A stretch of 64,000 nt of DNA, from positions 70,900-134,899 of the forward strand of contig JAHJCO010000056.1 in the NCBI GenBank assembly GCA_018831265.1, in the 5' to 3' direction. Shown piece after piece: positions 58,549-64,000 of this stretch (the first letter of the stretch is position 1; the number at the start of each line of letters is the position of its first letter). The position numbers and the translations under genes are program-made. This DNA comes from Actinomycetota bacterium (lineage in GTDB: Bacteria > Actinomycetota > Geothermincolia > Fen-727 > Anoxymicrobiaceae). The notes beneath the pieces are model-generated. The model was not told where the DNA came from. It saw nothing but the letters and a program-made list of their open reading frames with translations, and did no database searches.

Positions 58549-59802
58549 TTGGACTACTTCGATATCTCCATGGACCTCAGCGAAGAGGACATGAGCATGA
58601 GGCAGGTGGCTCGCGACTTCGCCGAGGAGGTGGTCAGGCCGATTTCCCGGGAGCTCGACGTCATGTCTCCGGAGGACGTTATCGCGGAGGGCTCGCCCCT
58701 GTGGACGTTCCTGCGCAAGTCGTACGAGCTGGGCTATCACACCATTCTGCTTCCCGAGGCGTACGGGGGACAGGGCCTCACGCCCCTGCAGATAGCGGTC
58801 ATCTTCGAGGAGATCGCCTGGGCGAGCGGGGGCCTGGCCACGTTGCTGGGCGCGTCCTGCTTCCCGTTCTTCATAGCGTGCATGACCGCGGACAAGCGGC
58901 TGGTGGAGGAGTTCGTGATCCCGTTCTGCAACTGCAGCGACGGCAGCATCAGGGGGTGCTGGGCGATAACCGAGCCGGACCACGGCAGCGACTACATAAG
59001 CTCAGAGCCCTTCACCCGCGATCCGGCCATAAGGAACAACATGCAGGCCACCAGGGACGGGGACGAGTGGGTGCTCAATGGCCAGAAGTCGGGCTGGGTC
59101 TCAGGGGGCACGATCGCGACCCACGCTCTGCTGTTCTGCCAGGCGGACCAGTCCCTGGGACTCGCCGGCGGCGGAATATGCATCTGCCCGCTGGAGGTCG
59201 AGGGCGTCTCCCGTGGCAAACCGGTCAGGAAGATCGGTTGCAGGGACCTCAACCAGGGAGAGATCTACTTCGACGAGGTCAGGATCCCGGACTACTACAT
59301 GTTCTGCGACCCGGACTTCTACCCCGAGATGCTGGACATGGTGCTCGCCGCTGCCAACGCGTCTCTCGGGCTGGGCACGGCCGGTATGGCCAGGGCCGCC
59401 TTCGAGGAGGCCCTCACCTACGCCAGGCAGAGGGTCCAGGGCGGCGTGCCCTTGATCGAGCACCGGTCGGTCAGGCAGAGGCTCTTCGAGATGTTCAGCA
59501 AAGTCGAGATGTGCAGGGCGTTCTCGCGGGCCGTGATCAACCTCAACTTCAACATCTCACCGCCCATACCGGAGTACTCGCTGGCGGCCAAGACCATGTG
59601 CAGCCAACTGTGCTTCGAGGTGACCAGCGAGGCGATGCAGCTGCTGGGGGGGTACGGCCTCACCGAGGACGGGTTCGTGGAGAAGTTGTTCAGGGATGCG
59701 CGATCGGCGCTGATCGGCGACGGGTGCAACGAGGTGCTCCAGGCCCACGGTGGTCAGATGCTGGCGGAGTTCTATCCGCGCAGACAGGACGATCTGCTCT
59801 AG
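58549..59802 (+). CDS. Acyl-CoA dehydrogenase family protein
   Basis: WAITEPDHGSD, LNGQKSGWVSGG, ALTYARQRVQGG, EAMQLLGGYGL, EKLFRDAR. Confidence 0.93.
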   Translation: MDYFDISMDLSEEDMSMRQVARDFAEEVVRPISRELDVMSPEDVIAEGSPLWTFLRKSYELGYHTILLPEAYGGQGLTPLQIAVIFEEIAWASGGLATLLGASCFPFFIACMTADKRLVEEFVIPFCNCSDGSIRGCWAITEPDHGSDYISSEPFTRDPAIRNNMQATRDGDEWVLNGQKSGWVSGGTIATHALLFCQADQSLGLAGGGICICPLEVEGVSRGKPVRKIGCRDLNQGEIYFDEVRIPDYYMFCDPDFYPEMLDMVLAAANASLGLGTAGMARAAFEEALTYARQRVQGGVPLIEHRSVRQRLFEMFSKVEMCRAFSRAVINLNFNISPPIPEYSLAAKTMCSQLCFEVTSEAMQLLGGYGLTEDGFVEKLFRDARSALIGDGCNEVLQAHGGQMLAEFYPRRQDDLL

Positions 59803-59823
59803 GGGCACCGGGAGGTTGAAACG

Positions 59824-60621
59824 ATGAGCCAGGAGGAATGGCTTCCGGTCGGAACGCCGATGCCGTTCGAGCCGGGGGGGAGGTTCAAGGCGGCCGGGGT
59901 CCGCTCCTCGTTCGTCGATCCCGGCCGGGCTCTGGCGGGTGAGGCGCGCATCGTCCTGGCGGACATACCCGTGGACGGGCGCGAGGCGCAGAGGCTCCTT
60001 CCCCTCGGACTGAGGATGCAGGACCCACCCATGGCCAGAGTTTTCGTGGTCAACTACGGGAACGCCGTCTACACGGAGTCCTACAACGAGGCCTCGGTGA
60101 TACTGAGAGTTCGAAGCCTGCTGGGGAGCGGCGGACATGTCTGCTGGATGGTGGTCGACGACGACACCGCCCTCATCCTGGGCCGGGACCTGCTCGCCTG
60201 CCCCAAGAAGCTGGCCGACATCCGGTACGAGGAAAGCGATGGCGGCGTATCAGCCGGCGTCACCCGCAGGGGCACGAAGGTACTCTCCATCGAGGCGGAG
60301 ATCATGGAGGCCGAGCCCTCCCCTGCCCCCGTCTATGGTGAAAAGGCCTTCAACGTCGGTGGTCCCTGCCAGGCGCTGCTGTTCAATCCCGTGTGGTGCT
60401 TCAGGCTGGGGGAGGTCATCCACTCGTCGCACTCCGCCCGCGGGACCATCACCTTCGAGGAATCGGCGTACGACCCGCTGGCCGCGGTGGTGGGCCGGCG
60501 TGAGGTCGACGGCCCCCTGCGCGTTGCCCACGTGGACATCAACCGGCTGTGCTACATGTTCCCGGTGGGTATCGCCGGCCCGGCCTGGGCCATGCGGACC
60601 TACGACCTGCGCTTCCACTGA
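59824..60621 (+). CDS. Acetoacetate decarboxylase (ADC) family protein
   Basis: ESYNEASV, WMVVDDDTALILGRDLLACPKKLA (Schiff-base Lys region). Confidence 0.75.
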   Translation: MSQEEWLPVGTPMPFEPGGRFKAAGVRSSFVDPGRALAGEARIVLADIPVDGREAQRLLPLGLRMQDPPMARVFVVNYGNAVYTESYNEASVILRVRSLLGSGGHVCWMVVDDDTALILGRDLLACPKKLADIRYEESDGGVSAGVTRRGTKVLSIEAEIMEAEPSPAPVYGEKAFNVGGPCQALLFNPVWCFRLGEVIHSSHSARGTITFEESAYDPLAAVVGRREVDGPLRVAHVDINRLCYMFPVGIAGPAWAMRTYDLRFH

Positions 60622-60660
60622 GGACACCGGCCGCCGGATCACCCGGGCCCTCAGCGACGG

Positions 60661-62346
60661 CTATGGCTCTGACGGCTCCGGCTCCATGCCCTTCAGGGTG
60701 AACTCGAAGCACGCGCCGTTCTCGTTGTAGGCGCGGATGTCACCGCCGTAGGTCTCCGCGACCTTCCTGGCGATGGAGAGGCCGAGCCCGGTGTCCGAGC
60801 TTTCGCCCGAGCGATAGAAAGGCCGGAATATCTTCTCCAGGCTTTCCTCGGGTATTCCCGACCCGTTGTCGCTGACCCTGAAGGCGTGGCTCCCGGCCGC
60901 CGAGGCGATGCGCTCGACGCGGACCACGGGGTTGTCGCAGTCGTTGTGCATGATCGCGTTGCGGATGACGTTGCTGAAGAGCTGGTAGATCTGCGTGCGG
61001 TTGGCCCTGACCGCCCCGAGATCCTCGGCCACCTCCACCTCCACGCCCGCCTCCGCGATCTCGATCGAGCGCTCGGCGACTATCTCATCGACCAGGGCTG
61101 CGACATCGACGTCCTCGATCGAGTCCGGACGCTGCCCCGACTGGGCGAGCGCCAGCAGGTCCCTGGCCAGGGTGAAGGCGCGCTCCAGGTTCGTCCTCAC
61201 GTGACCGGTACACTCCAGCACCTCTTCGCGCAGCTCGGCGAGCTCCATTTCACCGCAGGAGTCCGCCAGGCAGGTGTTGGCGAGCAGCGCGCTGGCCAGC
61301 GGACCCCGCAGGTCGTGGGAGACTCCGCGGGCATATGCGTCGAGCTCGTGCACCAGCCTGGCCTGCTCCTCCTCGGCCGCCTTCCGCTCGGCGATGTCCC
61401 GGAAGACGCCGACGGTGCCCGCGCGGGCGCTGGAGGTGTCGTAGAGGGTGGCTATGGATGCGAGCACCGGGACGCATGCTCCATCGCTCCTCATCACCTC
61501 GATCTCCCCGGTCCAGGAGCCGCCCGAGGCGAAGGCGCCGTCGATCTCCGGCACGGCCTGCTCGACGGCCTGGTCGGTCATCGCGAAATCGCGCGGGCGC
61601 CTGCCCAGAAGGGAGTCCCTGTCGGCGCCCAGGAGCCGGCTGTAAGCCTCGTTGACGTACGTCAGCCGCATCTCGGAGTCTGTGACGGCGATGGCCTCGC
61701 TGGTGCTGTCGGCGAGCTGCTTGTACATGGCCAGGTCCTCGCGCGCCTTCCTGCGCTCTGAGCCCTCGATTATCTCCCACTTGCCCTCGCGCTTGATGAG
61801 GGCGAACTGGTGGTTCACCACCACGTCGATTATCTCGCGCGCGCCGCACAGCCCGAGGGAGTAGGTGCAGATCGCCATCATCCTGTAGCCGCCGATGATG
61901 TTGTTGAGCGTCTCCTCGTACTGGGTGAAGTCGTCCCAGTCCCTGTCCTCGAGCCAGGCGGTGTTGCCGGTGGCCCGCAGTCCCTCGAACCCCGCGGCCA
62001 GGGCGTCCTCCAGCTTGCCGATCCAGCCGGCGAAGACCCGGTCCATGTCGAAGTAGCCGTCCAGCATGTACCACTCCGAGTGCGGGATGATCACCATCTG
62101 GTCGGCGGCGATACGCTCGGCGAGGTCCGGCACCTCCGCGGTGAGGGCCGCGGTGGCGGCCTCGGCGGTGAGCGGGTCGGAGGTCACCCACATGCAGAAC
62201 TCGTTGGATTCCAGGCCGGCCTTGAAGTAAGGCACGAGCAGGTCTGTGAGGTCCCGGGCGGTCTCGTAGAACTGGCAGAGGTGGGTGCCCCAGGGCACGT
62301 CCCCGACCAGGTCGATTCCGCTTGAACGCAGTCCGCTGTCGCTCAT
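60661..62346 (-). CDS. MEDS-PAS sensor histidine kinase
   Basis: GTHLCQFYET (MEDS), PAS, SHDLRGPL (HisKA), NVIRNAIMH, DNGSGIP, TGLGLSI; start moved to ATG 62346. Confidence 0.88.
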   Translation of the reverse strand: MSDSGLRSSGIDLVGDVPWGTHLCQFYETARDLTDLLVPYFKAGLESNEFCMWVTSDPLTAEAATAALTAEVPDLAERIAADQMVIIPHSEWYMLDGYFDMDRVFAGWIGKLEDALAAGFEGLRATGNTAWLEDRDWDDFTQYEETLNNIIGGYRMMAICTYSLGLCGAREIIDVVVNHQFALIKREGKWEIIEGSERRKAREDLAMYKQLADSTSEAIAVTDSEMRLTYVNEAYSRLLGADRDSLLGRRPRDFAMTDQAVEQAVPEIDGAFASGGSWTGEIEVMRSDGACVPVLASIATLYDTSSARAGTVGVFRDIAERKAAEEEQARLVHELDAYARGVSHDLRGPLASALLANTCLADSCGEMELAELREEVLECTGHVRTNLERAFTLARDLLALAQSGQRPDSIEDVDVAALVDEIVAERSIEIAEAGVEVEVAEDLGAVRANRTQIYQLFSNVIRNAIMHNDCDNPVVRVERIASAAGSHAFRVSDNGSGIPEESLEKIFRPFYRSGESSDTGLGLSIARKVAETYGGDIRAYNENGACFEFTLKGMEPEPSEP

Positions 62347-62506
62347 CTCGTATCCGTTCCGCGCGTGGGCCCGCCGGGCGTGCCCGGCGTCGAGGATTAT
62401 ACCAGTAGTGCCGGCAATGACATATGACCGGCGCGAGGGGTCCGTGCGGGGCGCCACGGTGGACATCGGCGTTTCACGGCCAACCAAGGTGTTGTACGCT
62501 TGGAAC

Positions 62507-63739
62507 GTGGAAATCCCGCGGATGCTCAAGGTAAGACAGAAACTCGAGGCCGACGCGCTGGCGGACCCGGCTTCAACGCTGCGCGAGCTTCTTGCCGGCC
62601 GGGGCTTCGCGGTGCCGCTCGAGGCGGGGAGCAGGGTGGCCATCGCGGTGGGCAGCCGCGGAATCGATCGGCTCGCCGAGCTCGTCTGTGCGGTCGTCGA
62701 TGCGGTGAAAGACGCCGGCGGCGAGCCGTTTATCGTGCCCGCCATGGGCTCCCACGGCGGCGCCACCGAGGAAGGACAGGTGGCGGTGCTGGTCTCGCTG
62801 GGGGTCACCTGGGAGCAGGTTGGCGCTCCCGTGTTCCCTGCGATGGAGACGGTTTCGTTGGGGGCCTCGCCCTCGGGGGTCGAGGCGTTCATGGCCCGTA
62901 CCGCGCTCGAGGCCGACGCCGTGGTGGTCCTCAACAGGGTGGGTCTGCACACGGGCTACTCGGGACCCGTGCAGAGCGGCCTGGTGAAGATGATCGCGGT
63001 GGGTCTGGGCAAGGTGGAGGGAGCCCGGTCGCTGCACAGGCACGGCTTCTCCGCGGGCCACCTCATCGGTGAGGTGGCGGACCTGGCGATATCCAAGGCG
63101 CCGCCGATCACCGGCGTGGCGGTGGTCGAGGACGCGGAGCGGCGCGTGTGCCGGCTGGCGCTACTGCCCGGCCCGGGGATCAGGTCCGAGGAGCCCGCCC
63201 TGCTCGAGCTCGCGCGGGGGATGTGTCCCCGCATACCGGTCGCGGGAGCCGACATCCTCATCGTGGACGAGATGGGCAAGGATATCTCCGGCATCGGCAT
63301 GGACCCGTTCGTGATCGGCAGGGGCAAGGATACCGAGGAGCCGACGGCGTTCTCGGCGCGGCGTCTGGTGGTGCTCAGGCTGAGCGAGGCCTCGGGAGGC
63401 AACGCCACCGGCATCGGGGTCGCGGACATCACCACCCGGCGGCTGGCAGAGGCAATGGACCGGGCCGTAACCTACCGGAACGTGCTCACCTCGGGGGCGC
63501 TGCACCGCGCGCGGCTGCCCCTGGTAGCGGATACGGAGCGCGAGGCGCTCCGCATGGCGGCCGAGAGCCTGGGGGACGTCGATGCCTCCGGGCTCAGGGT
63601 TGTGCGGATCAGGAACACCCGTCGGCTGGAAGAGCTCCAGGTCTCCGAGCCGCTCACCTCCGAGCTGGAAGGACGGCCTGGTATCGAGCTGGGAAACCCC
63701 GAGGCCATGCGCTTCACCGGCGACGGAGACATCGTCTAG
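62507..63739 (+). CDS. Lactate racemase (LarA N-terminal)-domain / DUF362-like protein
   Basis: VAIAVGSRGI, PAMGSHGGAT, SGLVKMIAVGLGK, KDISGIGMDP, NATGIGVAD; start GTG 62507. Confidence 0.6.
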   Translation: MEIPRMLKVRQKLEADALADPASTLRELLAGRGFAVPLEAGSRVAIAVGSRGIDRLAELVCAVVDAVKDAGGEPFIVPAMGSHGGATEEGQVAVLVSLGVTWEQVGAPVFPAMETVSLGASPSGVEAFMARTALEADAVVVLNRVGLHTGYSGPVQSGLVKMIAVGLGKVEGARSLHRHGFSAGHLIGEVADLAISKAPPITGVAVVEDAERRVCRLALLPGPGIRSEEPALLELARGMCPRIPVAGADILIVDEMGKDISGIGMDPFVIGRGKDTEEPTAFSARRLVVLRLSEASGGNATGIGVADITTRRLAEAMDRAVTYRNVLTSGALHRARLPLVADTEREALRMAAESLGDVDASGLRVVRIRNTRRLEELQVSEPLTSELEGRPGIELGNPEAMRFTGDGDIV

Positions 63740-63832
63740 CGACCGCGGCGCACCGCCCACTTGCGGTCACGCGCCCCGACTCGATAACCTTATTACGCTT
63801 CGATTGCAGGTTTACCTATACGGGGGTGCCAA

Positions 63833-64000
63833 TTGGCGGAGAACTATGACGCTATCGTGGTTGGAGCCGGGATCGCGGGGCTCGGCGTGGCCGGGCTGCT
63901 GCAGAGGGGCGGGATGAGCACCCTCTGCGTTGAGAAGGACCCCCGGCCGGGTGGCCGTATGCAGGGCTACGACCTGGAGGGAGGCTGGCGCCTCGATATC
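63833..64000 (+). CDS. NAD(P)/FAD-dependent oxidoreductase (phytoene desaturase-like), 5' fragment running off the window
   Basis: Translated by hand: MAENYDAIVVGAGIAGLGVAGLLQRGGMSTLCVEKDPRPGGRM (GxGxxG Rossmann fold and GG motif). Confidence 0.8.
   Translation, partial: MAENYDAIVVGAGIAGLGVAGLLQRGGMSTLCVEKDPRPGGRMQGYDLEGGWRLDI

Noticed and set aside
62347-62952. 202-aa N-terminal extension of the MEDS kinase
   Set aside because: Antisense to the LarA-like gene; MEDS homology starts at ATG 62346

Overview
High-GC bacterial chromosome segment spanning the replication origin. Core oriC synteny is intact: parB-parA-rsmG-(1.8 kb gene-free)-jag-yidC-yidD-rnpA-rpmH <- -> dnaA-oriC-dnaN-recF-dciA-gyrB-gyrA, with tRNA-Ile(GAT) further right and an ffs-dnaX-ybaB-recR block on the left. 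Gene order (jag next to rsmG without mnmEG, a CwlM-like amidase, ileT after gyrA) and a surface protein with repeated 'FAEGxTR' modules suggest a deep-branching anaerobic actinomycetote such as Geothermincolia; this taxonomy is inference. Accessory content: (1) a MacAB/YknXYZ-like export operon; (2) an HUH/Y1 (RAYT-like) transposase with four 34-bp TGACT...GTCA elements that overlap neighbouring stop codons; (3) a cobalamin-riboswitch operon encoding a beta-propeller surface protein, a DUF4430 protein, ECF T/AA'/S(CbrT) and a membrane-anchored alpha/alpha-barrel protein, which looks like a split transcobalamin-like corrinoid capture system; (4) two unexplained tandem arrays (40-bp and 35-bp period); (5) a complete CheR/MCP/W/Y/B/A/C/D cluster plus a chemoreceptor lacking its signalling tip; (6) a 1987-aa orphan PAS/GAF kinase, archease-RtcB, a TetR-controlled SCP2/acyl-CoA dehydrogenase unit with a visible operator, and a MEDS-PAS kinase. 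All product calls come from motif recognition by eye; no database searches were run.
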